From Isurus oxyrinchus (Eukaryota): DNA of 64,000 bases. The notes under the pieces are model-generated. The model searched no databases. It had not been told where the DNA came from and saw only the letters and a list, made by a program, of their open reading frames with translations. Within the stretch, counting starts at the first letter, position 1. Each line of letters begins with the position of its first letter. A program made the translations under genes and the position numbers. Positions 24,290 through 37,560 of this stretch are shown in pieces. The DNA is taken from the NCBI GenBank assembly GCA_026770705.1, contig JANJGN010000009.1, forward strand, positions 129,828,001-129,892,000, read 5' to 3'.

Positions 24290-24680
24290 ACAACGCAGGA
24301 TGTTTACTGTCCTACCACACCACCGTATTTGTAAAAGGTCTTTGGACTTGTAACAGGTCACATGCGTAAGCCAGCCATTTTTTTACCTGCCTTTAAGAAT
24401 AACGGGAGAAGCTGTTTTGACAGAATACAGACCATCAGAAAAGCCACTGGCTCAGCTGCAAGACATCTACACAGCTAAGGTAGCATATCTTGAAAGTGGG
24501 AGAAGGACTCCCCCAGCAACCTGTTCCAACCTGAAATTCACCTGAGAGCCAAACTGCTGGAAATTTGGTCATAAGAAGCCTTGCAGTTTAGTGAGAATGC
24601 TCTGCTTTTACAAGACCTCCACTCCAGCTAAAACACCAACTCATCTAAGAAACTATAGGCCTGCTACGAAGGAGACTATA
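24290..24680 (+). repeat. Interspersed LTR-like repeat, homologous to 63770-63965
   Basis: Shared blocks ccatcagaaa.gcca, cagctgcaag, cttgaaagtgggagaaggac, caacctgtt and ataagaagcc. Confidence 0.65.
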
Positions 24681-24691
24681 ATATAAATATA

Positions 24692-24990
24692 TTTTTTTTT
24701 TATTACTCATTCATGGGATGGGGGCATCACTGGCTAGGTCAGCATTTATTACCCATCCCTAATTGCTCTTGTTCAGAGGGCACTTAAGAGCCAACCACAT
24801 TGCAGTGGGTCTAGAGTCACATGTAGGCCAGACCAGGTAAGGATGGCAGATTTCCTTCTGGAAAAGACATTAGTGAACCAGATGGGTTTTTACAACAATC
24901 AGCAGTGGTTTCATGGTCATCATTTGACTTTTAATTCCAGATTTTTATTGGATTCAAATTTCACCATCTGCCATCGCGGGATTTGAACCT
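24692..24990 (-). mobile_element. tRNA-derived SINE sharing its 3' tail with LINE family 2
   Basis: B-box-like ggttcaaatcc at the 5' end; tail agggatgggtaataaatgctg..cccatgaatga as in the LINE; copies at 33135 and 41425. Confidence 0.8.
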
Positions 24991-27900
24991 GTCACAGCAC
25001 TCACCTACACCCTCTACCAGCGCAGAGACATACAGCTCAGTGGGACCTAGCTTTACAGTATCCTCGGGATCACAGTCTGGTGACCACGTCACATTGTCTG
25101 ATCTGCAGCAGGCAGCGGCAGGGACTTCCCAGGTTTCCAAAACTCGGGGGACTCCTGAAGGCCAGAAATTGATGAATCCGAGTCAGATGACGAGCCTCTG
25201 GACTCAGTTATGTCATAGTTGCTGGAGTTGCAAAGGCAAGCTCAGGAAGATCAGGAAAGGATGTCCGCTGCACTCCTCAGATTGCAAGGCACGAAGGAGG
25301 AGTCCGTCCGCATTCATTCTTAGGCGATAGCACCGGCATTGCAACGTGCTGATGTCAACACTCATAGGCTGGCAGCTGCCATGGAGACCTTGGTCCAGGA
25401 CATCGCTCCTGCACTGCTGCGCAGGATTAACTCCATCGCTGATGCCATAGATGGCATCCAACAGTGTTTATGTGAGATGGGTGCCGGGCAGCTCAATCTC
25501 ATTCCAGCTACCCCTGCTCCTCAAGGAGTCAGCCAGGGGCCCTTGGGCACCCATAGGCAGGTGCACACTCCAGGGTCATCAGCCTGGTGACTCCGAGAGT
25601 GCCCGACCCATCTGACTCCCCTCTTCCTGTGACCTCAGCAGCTCCAGCACCACAGGCCGAGGCGGATGCCACTGCCGCACAGCAGGACTCCAAAAGGAGG
25701 ACGGAACCCTCCAAGTGTCAGCCCTCCAAGGATGCCCACCAAGGTCATCGCAGACAGGGCATCACAATCATAAGGCTGCCTCCACCTCCTCTGTGGATGT
25801 CCGGGGAGTGTGAAGACGTAACAGCAAGGTTAGGAAAGTTAAGGAGAGTTAGTTGCACAGCTTGGGCTCGGGTGTTAATCTCTTGGTCATACTGTTCACT
25901 GTTGTCAATAAACTCCCAAGAATGTCTCCCTGCCTTTGGCTCCTTCTTCTGATGAGCAGTGTTCTTGTCACGCAGATGTGAAACTTTTCTACACAAGATA
26001 AAGGCAGGTGTCTCAGTCCAGGGCCTCTTCCCTGTGCTCTGTATGGCCTTCAGACCACAGTGATGGTCTGGCCTCACACTCCCTGGAAATATTACTGATG
26101 CCTGCACCTCAATGGTGCTGGTCATGGTTGCCAGAATGTAATGGGCAGGCATCACAGAGTTCCATCATTCTCTCTGTGTGCTCTCAGCACCTTTAATGTG
26201 GGGCTGGCCCCCATCTCTTCAGCATCTGTGACCAGTGACGCTGTGCTCCCGAAAGGCTCAGTTGCTGAAAGCAGACAAAGGATCATATGCTTCTAAAGCT
26301 TCATGTATGTGTCTCTATGAATGCCCCTGATCACAGAGCACAAGTGAGTTGCCCTTGGCCAGACAGGAGTCAAACATTTGAGTTATGTGAAAATCTGTGG
26401 AGTGTCCTCACTGCATGTTGTCATCATCCTCCTGCAATCGAGTGACAATTAAGGCCCCTACTGTGTCTCCCTGACAGGAGCATTCTCACAGAGAGTATTT
26501 GCATTGCCATAAGTCAGACTGGAGCCAAACGTTCATAGATGCAATGAGAGGATCTGTGGTGCAGCAGATGATGACAATGCATGACACCCTCTATGGACTG
26601 CATTGCAGGGCTCCACCAAACTGGTCCAGGCACAGGAACTGCATCTTCAGCATCCACCAAGTTGCGAGCTACAGCATAAGCCTCATTATACTGCCGCTCT
26701 GCTGCAGTCTGAGGCCGCCGCACGGGTGTAATCAGCCACAGCCTCTGCAGGTAGCCCTTGTCCCCGAGGAACCATCCCTGCAGTCTCTGTGGACCCTGGG
26801 AGGCTCCAGGGATCTGTGACTGATGGAGGACATAGGTGTCACGCACAAACCCTGGAAATCATGCACAGACTTGCAGGATGCATTTCTGGTGGTCGCACAC
26901 CAGCTGCACATTCAGCAAATGGAATCCCTTGTGGTTGATGTTGTCCACCATGTATTGTGATGGAGATCTGAGCACCACGTAAGTGCAGTCAGTCACACCC
27001 TGCTGCCTATGGGAAACTTGAGATCTGGGCGAATCCAATCGCTCTTGCATCCTGGCTGTCCTGGTCCTCGGCAAAATGCACAAAGTTTTGTGCCCTCGCA
27101 AAGATGGCATCCATGACCTCATGAATGCATTTGTGAGTAGAGGCTTGTGAGATCCCACAGAGGTCCCCTGAAAGGACCCACTGGCATAGGAATTGAGTGC
27201 CGCTGTCACTTTCACAGCCACTGGCAGTGGATGCCCTCCATGCCCCCGTGGCGTCAAATCCTGCAGTAACTGGCAGATGTGAGCGACCATTTCCCTAGAC
27301 ATGCACTGTCTCTAGCAACACTGGTTCTCAGTCATGTGCAGGAATGAAAGTCGGCATCTATAGACCTGAGGTGTTGTTAGGCGCCGGCCAGCTATGGCTC
27401 ACTGTGGCTCTTGGATGGCGCGTGCAGGAGCCCCAGCTTCTCCTTCTTCCTGAAGTTGCTGCTCCTACCTCTGTGCAGCCAGGAGCACAATTGCTCTCTC
27501 CTCTGTCTTATTCGCTCTCTGTAGGCCATCAGGCATACAGCTTGTTCACCAGGCTCCATGATCCTGATGTGCTCCTCCTGCAGGATGAAAGAGAGAGAGA
27601 GACAAATGGTTAGCATGGGTGTACTAAGAATCTGTCCTGGTTAAGTGAGCAGGCCCCTTAATGATTCCTGGAGAGTGCTGTTCATCACTTCAATGGCCAG
27701 AGATTAGTCTGCTGCATGGATGCCTGAAACCCTACCACTTCCACCCCATTCCACCTGATTGATTGGCAGCAGCTTTGCCCATTGGATTGCATGCTGTGCT
27801 CTCAGCTCAGGTGCAGGCATTCTCCTAACCCGCACTGCAAGGCTGCATTGTTAACTTGAGCCCAGAGGAGAGGCCGTCCCAAACCAGGATGATGACATTA

Positions 27901-28738
27901 TAAGGGGCTGTGAGCACCTCCACCAGTGACTGCTCCATGGCCAGCTTTACCAAGGAGATTGCACAACATGCGCAATCGTCCAACTGTCCTGCCATCCCCT
28001 AAAATGCTCATGACTTTGTAGTCTATGCCGGGGTGGGGGGGCGTGTAGCATTGCTTGAGTGGTAGATAAGCTAGAAGCCCGACTCCTATCATATCAATGT
28101 GGCAGTGCCTGAACTGCTTTAGTTGCAGAGGAATGGTCACTTTATACAGGTTTTCCCTAATGCTTGACCCCTTCCCTCAACCACCCTACCCCCCACCCCA
28201 AATGCTTGTGCACCATATTCAATGGCAGACCCTTGCCCCCCACCCCCGAGTCTACATGTCACCTCAATGGCAGGGCTGCCTTTGCCCCACACCCCCCTAC
28301 CCTCCCCACCCCTCCCCACCAGTCGCCTCAACGGCAGGGCTGCCCTTAACTCTGACTCCCCAGTGCTTGAAGTCCAATAGGCGACCTTGGTGAACGCTGC
28401 ACAATGTTACTGTGTATTCACCTTTGAGTTCTCCTTAAAGTGCAGTCCGCCAAGTGTACGTCATTTATGTGCTGTTGTGAAACATGTTGGCGTGCTTTCC
28501 TGCCAACGTGGACAGATGATCCACCGAGGGGTGTGAGCAATTCCAGTGGGCTGGCCTGATAATGATATGCTAACATATTACGATGAGGTTCCTGACAGCA
28601 GGAAACACGGCCCGCCCTTGGCAGGCTGAGTGGATGACCATGAACTGGTTTCATGCCGTCGTGAAACCGATTGTGCCATATTGTCTGCTCACGGCATCAA
28701 TAACGCCCGATGCCAGTGGGCATGGAAAATTCTGCCCC
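24991..28738. mobile_element. Harbinger transposon C (left end lost); convergent ORF1 (+) and transposase (-)
   Basis: ORF1 C-terminal remnants 24991-25860 (RLAAAMETLVQ); transposase 26408-27559; right TIR gaaaattctgcccc at 28725-28738. Confidence 0.88.
26408..27559 (-). pseudogene. HARBI1-like DDE transposase, frameshifted
   Basis: GHPLPVAVKVTAALNSYASGSFQ, GVTDCTYV, NHKGFHLLNVQLVCDH, WFLGDKGY and ERQYNEAY motifs. Confidence 0.9.
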
Positions 28739-30409
28739 ATGAGTCACCTGACCAGTCACACTCCTATACCAATGAAGGAAGTTATTTCTGACTCATTTTA
28801 GAGCTGGGATAGCAACTTTTAAAAAACTGCCAGCAGATCATTAAACAAGTTCAAATAATGCCAGAAACTGCAAATAAGGGATAAGAATGGTGCCTGTGCC
28901 ATGTCTGAGAATGGAGAGCTGCAGGGGCTAATGGAGTTGACCTCGAGTCGATCCTCCAATATATCAACCTCTCTGCCCTCAATTTCCCAAGACTCTACAA
29001 TCAGCCTTCATTACTTCTTAACTAACGGTTCTGCTTATCGCCTCTGACTCAGGAGTGTATGAAATGAGAACCTAGTCAGTACTGTCCATCCTATCTGGGA
29101 ACAACATTGCAACTGAAATAGGACACAAGCCTAGTGTAATTCAGGTCTTAATAGCATTATTTACCCTTCTCACAATATGATGCAGTGATTACCTTGGCTG
29201 TTTTCCTTCCTGGATGCAGAGCCTCTGGGTTAGAAGAGTATCTTCTTCTCCCTAGCTCAGTTCCCTCTCTCTTGCCTTGAATTATGAATATGGTTTACAG
29301 ATTTATTTTGTACCGGTGGATATTGATGGATCTTGTATTGACTAAGGCCGTGACCAGTGGTGGGTCTGAAACCATCGAAGATAACAGTATCGTCATACCT
29401 AATCCATCTTTTCATAACCCACCCCCTCCTATCTGATAATCGCTTCTGATTTATAAACTGCAGATGATGTAACCATGCACCCCTTGCTGCCCTCCCCCCC
29501 TCAAATGGCCTCCTAAACACTTATTAAAACTCTATTTCCTTTTATGAAATGCTTCGTATAGCAGTTGACCTAATTCATTTAAAATAAAATAAAAAATGAA
29601 CTTACAACATTAAAGGCTTTTTAGAATCTACCAGTTATATTCGTTAGTTAGGATCTAACCAAACATCCTCACTCTTTCACTAGCCTATTACACTTCGATC
29701 TTCTGTTTAATGAACAAGACCATTCCATACAGCTTGTATTCAAAAGCTAATCCTTTAGCATACTGCGACTTTACAATCAATAAACTGTACCAAGTAAGCT
29801 CTGCTGCCGGTGCTAATCTACAACTTAAGGCAGATGCACTTGAACTATGTTGGCACAGATTTTTTGCCACAGTTAGAGCTGTATGGGGGCTTCTTGTCTT
29901 ATGAACTTTTCTCAATCGCAATAATTCAAAGGATGCCAAGAAAGCAATTATCCTAATAGCGTTCTCAGAAAAAGCCAAGAACTGGACATCTTATCACAGA
30001 GAAGAATTTGCTGCTGTAATTTACATCTTGGCAGAACCCTATTATGCTGGGTCAAACATAAAACAGCATTTTGTTTCAGGAACGCAACTTAAAAGGACCA
30101 TTATTTTAGAAAGGACTTTTCTTTTAGTTTCAATTAAAAATGATATATAAATATTGTTTTCTTTTTATAAATGCAGCAACGATGTAAGGAAGGAATGAGA
30201 AACAAACACGTGACAGAGTGATTCCTCAGTTTACTCTTCACCAATTTTAAGGATATTAACTCTATCCTCGAATTTCCTGAATGTAACGTCTTCTGAAAGT
30301 TGATTGATTGCAAAGCTAATCTTGCCAGAGTGAATTCACTCTGCAATTTCCTGAGAACCCAAAAACTGTGGTAAAACAAATAAGAAGTGCAGACAACATA
30401 TGCTGCACT

Positions 30410-30750
30410 TCTGAAGGAGCTTGACAGGATACCCACTGACAGGTTGTTTCACCAGGCTGGGCAATCTAGAACACAAGGGTACTATCTCAAGATAAGGGGG
30501 TCAATCATTTAGGACTGAGATGAGGAGAAATTGCTTCATTCAGAGGGTTGAGAGTTGTCAGAATTATCTATCCCAGAGGGCTGTGGATGCTTCATTGTTG
30601 AATTTATTTAAGGCTGGGATAGACAGATTTTTGGTCTCTCAGCGGAGCAGGGGGAAAATGGAGTTGAGGTAAAAGATCAGCCATGATCATATTGAATGAC
30701 AGAGCAGGATTGTGAGGCTGCATGGTCTACTCCTACTCCTATTCTTATAA
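30410..30750 (+). mobile_element. CR1 LINE 3' end
   Basis: gcttgacagg...ttgtttc...tctagaacac...tttaggactgagatgaggagaaat; uninterrupted counterpart of the 12210-12230 / 7150 junction. Confidence 0.85.
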
Positions 30751-30934
30751 GTCCGTCACTCTTATTAATGTTATTAAAATTAGAGTTTGAAGTCATCAAA
30801 CCATCATTTACACCCACTAAGCGCTGCAGGTTCTGATGCAACAAAATACTGTGCAGATCCGAGTACTGACACTGCAGGTACTTTAAAGGATGGCTCAGAG
30901 GCAGGATCTATACATGGTGAGAGAAGCCAAGATA

Positions 30935-31245
30935 AGTGGCCTTCACCAGCACACTGTGGCAGCAGTGTGTACCATCTACAAGATGCACTTCAACAACTCG
31001 CCAAGGCTTCTTCAACAACACCTTACAAACCTGTAACTTGATTTGGAAACATATCACAGTTCCTTCATTGTCGCTGAATCAAAAGCCTGGAGCTCCCTTT
31101 CCTAACAGCACTATGTGTGTACCTACACTACATGGACTGCAATGGTTCAAGAAGGCATCTCATCACCACCTTCTTAAGGGCAACTAGGAATGGGCAATAA
31201 GAGTAACCTTGACAGCAACATCCCCACTGAATGAATGAATGAACA
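30935..31245 (+). mobile_element. LINE family 2, 3' tail
   Basis: cagcagtgtgtaccatctacaagatgcac...gggcaactaggaatgggcaataa, ending in (tgaa)n. Confidence 0.85.
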
Positions 31246-31726
31246 AAAGGCCAGCCAGAATTCCTGTGTACCATGTAAAAGAATGGAGGATTCTGGCACC
31301 AACTTAGCATGTGGCTTTGTGCTGAGCTTGGAGCCCATGTTTTTCAGTATGGAAGTGGTGGCCACCTCCATTGGCGTACATGCAGACCAATCATGATGAA
31401 CATGTGATGGATGATAGCTCAGCTGTAACTGCAGCACAAACAGAAGTCACACAGCTCAGTCTAAAGTCAGGCATGGTCAATTAGCTACAATGAAAGTTCA
31501 AACTGCCTTCATACAAGCTCAGTTTGCTTCCATGCAAGCTCAGGCTGTTGCCACAATGACTGTGGATATCGGTGTTCAAGGGGGTTTAGAGCGGCACAGC
31601 AATGCAGCAATCTGCCTTGCAACAGGTTTTTGGGATTGCTGAAGCACTGCACCAGGGAGGTTGCAGTGGCTCCATGAAGCACAAACCTGCTGTCTTCTTT
31701 CCAGATGACAGCAATCGTGCTCCTAT

Positions 31727-31820
31727 AATAGAAACAGAAAGTTCTGGAAAATCTCAGCAGGTCAGGCAGCTTTTGTGGAGAGAGTAACAGCGTTAACATT
31801 TCAGATCTGTGACCTCTCCT
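31727..31820 (-). mobile_element. Penelope pLTR-derived short repeat
   Basis: ctggaaaatctcagcaggtcaggcagc...gttaacatttcag, similar to 17705-17765. Confidence 0.7.
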
Positions 31821-33134
31821 CAAACTTTCATCCTCCCACCATTGCCATCCTGTCAGTGCCCTGCTGCAGCCTCTCAGCCAGCCAGCCCAGACCGCTGCCG
31901 CCCATGACGAGGCAGTACACTTTGAAACCAGACTTGTTAGGGCCAGAGCTGCCTAAGACCATCCTGCAAAGCCATCTACAATCTCCCCCATTGGAAGTCA
32001 GCAGCCTTCCATCAATCATGATGCAGCCACTGGGGTAAACTGTATAGGACCACTGGGACAGGCAAAGGTACATGGAAGACAGGCATTAAGGTAATGCACA
32101 GGGGTGCTTATATGATATGTTTGATTTATAAATTTGGACTGGAATGTTTATTTTGTGGGCGCTTTTATTTTTGCATTGGATCCAAGTGAATGTTGTGATG
32201 GTCAGTTGCAGAGGGAAGGTCAGGTGTGGGACTTTTGGTGAATGGGGAATTTGGGTTGCTTTTAATGGTGGCATTGTTTGATGAGTCAATCCTCGATAGC
32301 CTGGCCTGAAAGGGGTGCTGTCTCCCTTCCTCCTTGGCTGCTTCAGTTGTGGGACATCTCTGAGTTGACATATGGCACCCACAAAGTGTGTGCAATTAAT
32401 GGCATCGCACGCCACAGGGAAAGTAGCAATCCTCACAAAGCCAAATGCTCACTCTACCACTTCTCTCTGACAAGAGAAAATGAAATGTATACAGCTCTTT
32501 TGGGTTACATAGCCTCAGTGATCTCCCTTATTCAATAGTGGGTGGCAAATTGGGTGATGTGCAAATGTTACCTGTTCAGGCTTGGAATAACAATGCTATT
32601 CTCACCTGACTCCGAGGTAGCAGTTTTCAGTGAGGACATCCTAAGTAAAGTGGGGACATCTGATAGACTGTTCTTCACTGTGGCTGAGGTCTCAGAATTG
32701 CTTCCTGAACATCCTGAGCAGCTATGCCCTCCTGCTGAGAGCCGTTCCCCCATTCCCTGCACCCCCCTTCCTCTTCCAGCAGCTTGTTCTGCTCTGTGTC
32801 ACCTCTGCTCATTCTCGCTGTCATGCTGTAATCCAAAGGGAATGCATATCACTGCACCCATGTTTGGAAGCAAGTAGTTTGTGCAGAATTCTTGAAGTTA
32901 GAACAGGTATTTAAGCAGGTGCCACACCGCTCCTTGTAGATTCAGAAACCTCAAGCTGTAGTGTGTTACAATTCTAGCCTTCATTTGGGTCTATTGTGGA
33001 TCAGGCATACCTTTAGTTAACTCCCATCAACTTCAGATAGAGAGATTCAGAACTCAACAACACATAAATGGGTCTGCTGAGTCTGATCAGTCTCCAAATG
33101 AAGGAAAAATGCCAGCCAGGATTATTACCTTTTC

Positions 33135-33472
33135 TTTAATATTTGTTCATGGGTTGTTGGGCTTCGCTGGCTAAGCCAGCATTTACTGCCCATCCCTAAT
33201 TGCCCTTGAGGGCTATGTGGCTTGCTAGGCCATTTAAGAGTTAATCACATTGCTGTGGCTCTAGAGTCACAAGTAGGCCAGACTAGCAGATATATGGCAA
33301 TTGACAATGATTTCATGGTCATCATCGGACTTTTAATTCAAGACTTTCTTTTTGTACTGAATTCAAATTTCACCATCTGCCATGGTAGGATTTAGAACCC
33401 GGGTCCTCAGAGCATTACCCTGGGTCTCTGGATTACTAGTCCAGTGACAATACAACTATGTCACCACCTCCC
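33135..33472 (-). mobile_element. tRNA-derived SINE
   Basis: A-box-like ggtgacatagttg and B-box-like ggttctaaatcc; LINE family 2 tail. Confidence 0.8.
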
Positions 33473-33479
33473 AGCCCCT

Positions 33480-35585
33480 AACCTGCTCGGACATTGTAAG
33501 CAATGATTCTGTGAGTATGACTATGTCAGGCTGTTGCTTGATTAGTCTGTGGGACAGCTCTTCCAATTTTGGCACAAACCCCCAGGTGTTAGCAAGGAGG
33601 ACTTTGCAGGGTTAACAGGGATGAGTGTGTCATTGTCATTTCCGGTGCTGAGGTCAATATCAGGTGGTTCATCTAGTTTCATTCCTTTTAGATTTTGTGG
33701 TAGTTTGAAACAATTGAATGGCGTGCTAGGGCATTTCAGGGGACATTTACCAGTCAGCCACATTGCTGAGGGCATGTCCTGGTAGCCTTTTATTTTTAAT
33801 TAGTTTTTAGCCAGATTGCAATTTTCCTGGGTATTATTAGGGTCTGAGTGAAACTCCTCAGTAAATATTTCCCCACCAAAAGGGAATAGGAGTTGAGTTC
33901 TTTGAATTATTGATACAGGATCATAACTTACGGACAATGTCCCAGGCATCACCATCACAATCCTTGTTAGACCGACAGGACAGACCCACCAGAGGTGGCA
34001 ACACAGTGGCTTACAGTCAAGAGGGAGTTGCCCTGACAGTTCTCAACTTTGACTCAGATGAATCAGCAATCCTCCATGCTGAACACCAATTAGAGGAAGC
34101 ACTGAGCGTGGCATGGGCACAGAATGTACTCTGGGTTGGGGAACTTCAATATTGATCACCAAGAGTGGCTCAGTAGCACAACTACAGACCGAGCTAGTCA
34201 AGTCCTAAAGGACATAGCTGCTAGACTGGGTCTGCAGCAGGTGGTGAGGGAACCAACAAGGGGGTGAAGCCTACTTGACTTCATCCTCACCAATCTACCT
34301 ATCGCAGGTGTATCTTTCCATGACAGTATTGGCAGAAGTGACCAGCGCACAGTATTTATGGAGATGAAGTTCCGTCTTCACATTGAGGACACCCTCCATC
34401 GTGTTATGTGGCACTACCATCATGCTAAATGGGATAGATTTCGAATAGATTTAGCAACTCAAAATTGAGCATCCATAAGGCACTGTTGGCCATCAGCAGC
34501 AGCAGAATTGTACTCAGACGCAATCTGTAACCTCATGGCCCAGCATATCCCTATTACTGGTTGGAGTCATACCTAGCACAAAGGAAGATGGTTGTGGTTT
34601 TTGGAAGTTAATCATCTCAGCCCCAGGGTAGTATCCTAGGGCCAACCATCTTCAGCTGCTCCATCAATGACCTTCCCTCCATCATATGGTGAAAAGTTCG
34701 CTGATGATTGCCCAATAGTCAACACCATTTGCAACTCCTCAGATACTGAAGCAGTCCATGTCCAAATGCAGGAAGACCTGGACAATATCCAGGCTTGGGC
34801 TGATAAGTGGCAAGTAACATTTGCACCACACAAGTGCCAGGCAATGATCATCACCATTAGAGATAATCTAACCATCTCCCTCGACATTCAATGACATTAC
34901 AATTGCTGAATTCCCCACTATCAACATCCTGGAGGTTACCATTGACCAAAAACTGAACTGAACCAACCATACAGATACTGTCACTACAAAAGCAGGACAG
35001 AGGCTGGGAGTTATGTGTGGAGTATCTCATCTGACTCCCCAAAGCCTGTTCAACATCTACAAGGCACAAATCAGGAGTGTGATGGAAAACCCGCCATTGG
35101 CCTGGTTGACTGCAGTTCCAACAACACTCAAGAAGCTCGACACCATCCAGGACAAAGCAACCTGCTTGATTGGCACCCCTTCAGCATCCACTCCCTCCAT
35201 CATCAACACACAGTGACAGCAGTGTGTAGCACCTCCAAGATGCACTGCAGCAACTCACTAAGGCTCCTTCAACAGCACCTTCCAAACCCGTGACCTCTAC
35301 CACTGAGAAGGACAAGGGTAGCAGATGCATAGGAACACCTCTACCTGCAAGTTCCCCTCCAAGCCATGCACCACCCTAACTTGGAAATATATCACTGTTT
35401 CTTCACTGTCACTGGGTCAAAATCCTGGAACTCCCTCCCTAGCAGCACAGTGGGTGTACCTATACCACAGGGACTGCAGTGGTTCAAGGAGGCAGCTCAC
35501 CACCCACATTCTCAAGGGCAATTAGGGATGGGCAATTAAATTGCTGGCCTAGCCAGCGAGGCCCATGACCCATGAAAGAAAAAAT
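33480..35585 (+). mobile_element. LINE family 2 with inverted 5' segment and internal deletions
   Basis: Plus strand from ~33915: RQDRPTRGG (APE), GSILGPTIF, KFADD, DLDNIQAWADKWQVTFAPHKCQ and 3' tail. 33480-33780 carries the upstream APE part on the minus strand. Confidence 0.85.
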
Positions 35586-37505
35586 AGTCTGAGAGACAAT
35601 TTAAATTTTAAAAGACACAGAAGTTTATTAGAATAAGCAACCATGCAATTCAATGTTTTTATGAAAAGCATAAATTGCAACACTTGATAAATCCAGAAAA
35701 AAGAAAGCATGTTCTTATTTCTAATAGGCAATCTGATGTCTAAACTTGTAAGTGTTGCAGGGATGTTATTTTCAAAAGGAAATGATATCCATCAAATTTT
35801 AAAAAGAATTACCTTAATCCCCAAGTATGTGAGACTTGTTAGGTTCAAAACAAATCTAAATCTATACGACTTAGGTTCAGCTGCTTTTGTAATTTTGGGG
35901 GGTTGTATATCATTCCTTTTCGATTTCTCATATTTGATGCAAGGTCAACTCCATTTCATGAAGGTATCTGTTCATTTCTATGAAATGTTGTTTTGACCTG
36001 TTCTTGGAAAGTTGGATCTTAGGTAACAATTATTCTGGTTAATTTTTACTTAGTCAAAGTATAGCTTCAAGTGAGATAACAAAGCTTGTTGCCTTATATT
36101 ATTCTATCAGCTTGTGGTTTTAATCATTGGGGTTTGCATTGTATGTTTACATGCTAGTGTAATAGAGAGAACCACAGAATATCGTTTTTTAGGTGTGTGT
36201 ATTTTCTTATCAGCGAACTCACACTGTTCTGAAGAGAATCAAACATATTGTGTTAGTAAGCTAGTTCTAACTCCTGTTAAAATATGTTTCTCTAAGTTTT
36301 ACTGAAAGGTAACTTTTTAAACCTAATGATTTGTTACTATTATCACATCGTTTGCCCCTTATTCTTTCACAAAGCAAATCTGGAAACCACAAAATGTTTC
36401 CACCATTGCAGCAGCCAACTGATATCATTAAGCAACTGGAAATGGCTGATGATCCCTTTAAATAGCACTGGTACTAGAGTTCTAGCTGCTGCTGAACATG
36501 AATTCAGCTGATGAAGTAGGGCATTAGCTGGAGGACTGATCTCCGAACTGGCAGTGCTAGAGTCAATTCAGAGCTACAAGTTAATGCCCTCACCAAAATG
36601 GTGTTTGGTGCAGCAAAACAAGAAGTATGCACATCCTGTTGGCACCATTTTGGATGCAAAACTTAGTTTAGAGTTCAGGTTTTTAAGGAGCCAAATTTCA
36701 CGGCTCCTGTATGTATAACTAACAAAGCAAAGAAACAAAAGCACTTGGGATTGCTATTAGATACTATATGCAGCAAAAGTTCTAGTTCTAAGGAACAGCA
36801 TCATTTAGTCTGTTTACATGCACTTTGCCATGAAATGATAGGTAGAAACAATGCAAGAGGATTGGACAATTGAGAAATGTTTGGAGTTTGACAACTCACA
36901 TGTTTGTAAATGTGTAACATTAAGTGATTCCATTCCAGAAAATAAAATGGCATGCTGAAAATAATAATTCCAAGAGCACAAAATCATACTTCAAGTTTGT
37001 GAGCTGTGTGACAATGATATAATTCATTGCTCTTCTTAATAAAGCACTGATTATCATATAAAATATAATAGCCTGGAGTTTACACCTATTCAGTCTTCCC
37101 ATCAGAAGTAAGGCAGGGTGCTCACTGTAGTTTGAACCACAGTGACCCCATTCTATTTTCCTGGGATGGTGCTAATTTCATATTCATGATGCAGTGAGAG
37201 CAGGAGCTGTACTCATAAATAACTGACCACCCCACAGAGAGACAGGGAAGTGCAGTGCTGCTGCAGGAGAGTTCTGGAAATCCTAAAAGCAAACATACTG
37301 AATGACGGCAGGAGTACAGCTTTTGTTTGACAGTAGTGGTCCAAGATTTCTCAATGCACTCATGATGGATTGGTCTTAGAGGTGGAGGAAAGGTTTGTGC
37401 AGCTGTTATGGAGGCAGGAGCCAAGGATCACTATGTAACCTCCATCACCCACATGCATCCACAAACTGTAGGAATAAGTTTAATGATCGAATGGGGATTA
37501 CACAA

Positions 37506-37548
37506 ACACACACACGCACACACACACACACACGCACACACACACACA
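37506..37548. repeat. (CA)n microsatellite
   Basis: Direct tandem repeat in the sequence. Confidence 0.9.
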
Positions 37549-37560
37549 ACCATATGGGAG

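Larger units (their letters stand above)
30790..33117. mobile_element. Old Harbinger remnant (ORF1 C-terminus +, transposase fragment -) with nested inserts
   Basis: Minus-strand ERAFGFVRIATFPVACDAINCTH (~32385-32455) resembles HARBI1 GFP..GAIDCTH; ORF1-like text at 30790-30925 and 31250-32100. Confidence 0.65.

Noticed and set aside
29193-29520. Coding exon on the minus strand
   Set aside because: All three frames between the candidate splice sites contain stops, and no recognisable domain is present.
37138-37175. V(D)J recombination signal (CACAGTG)
   Set aside because: No nonamer at 12 or 23 bp spacing and no V or J segment nearby.
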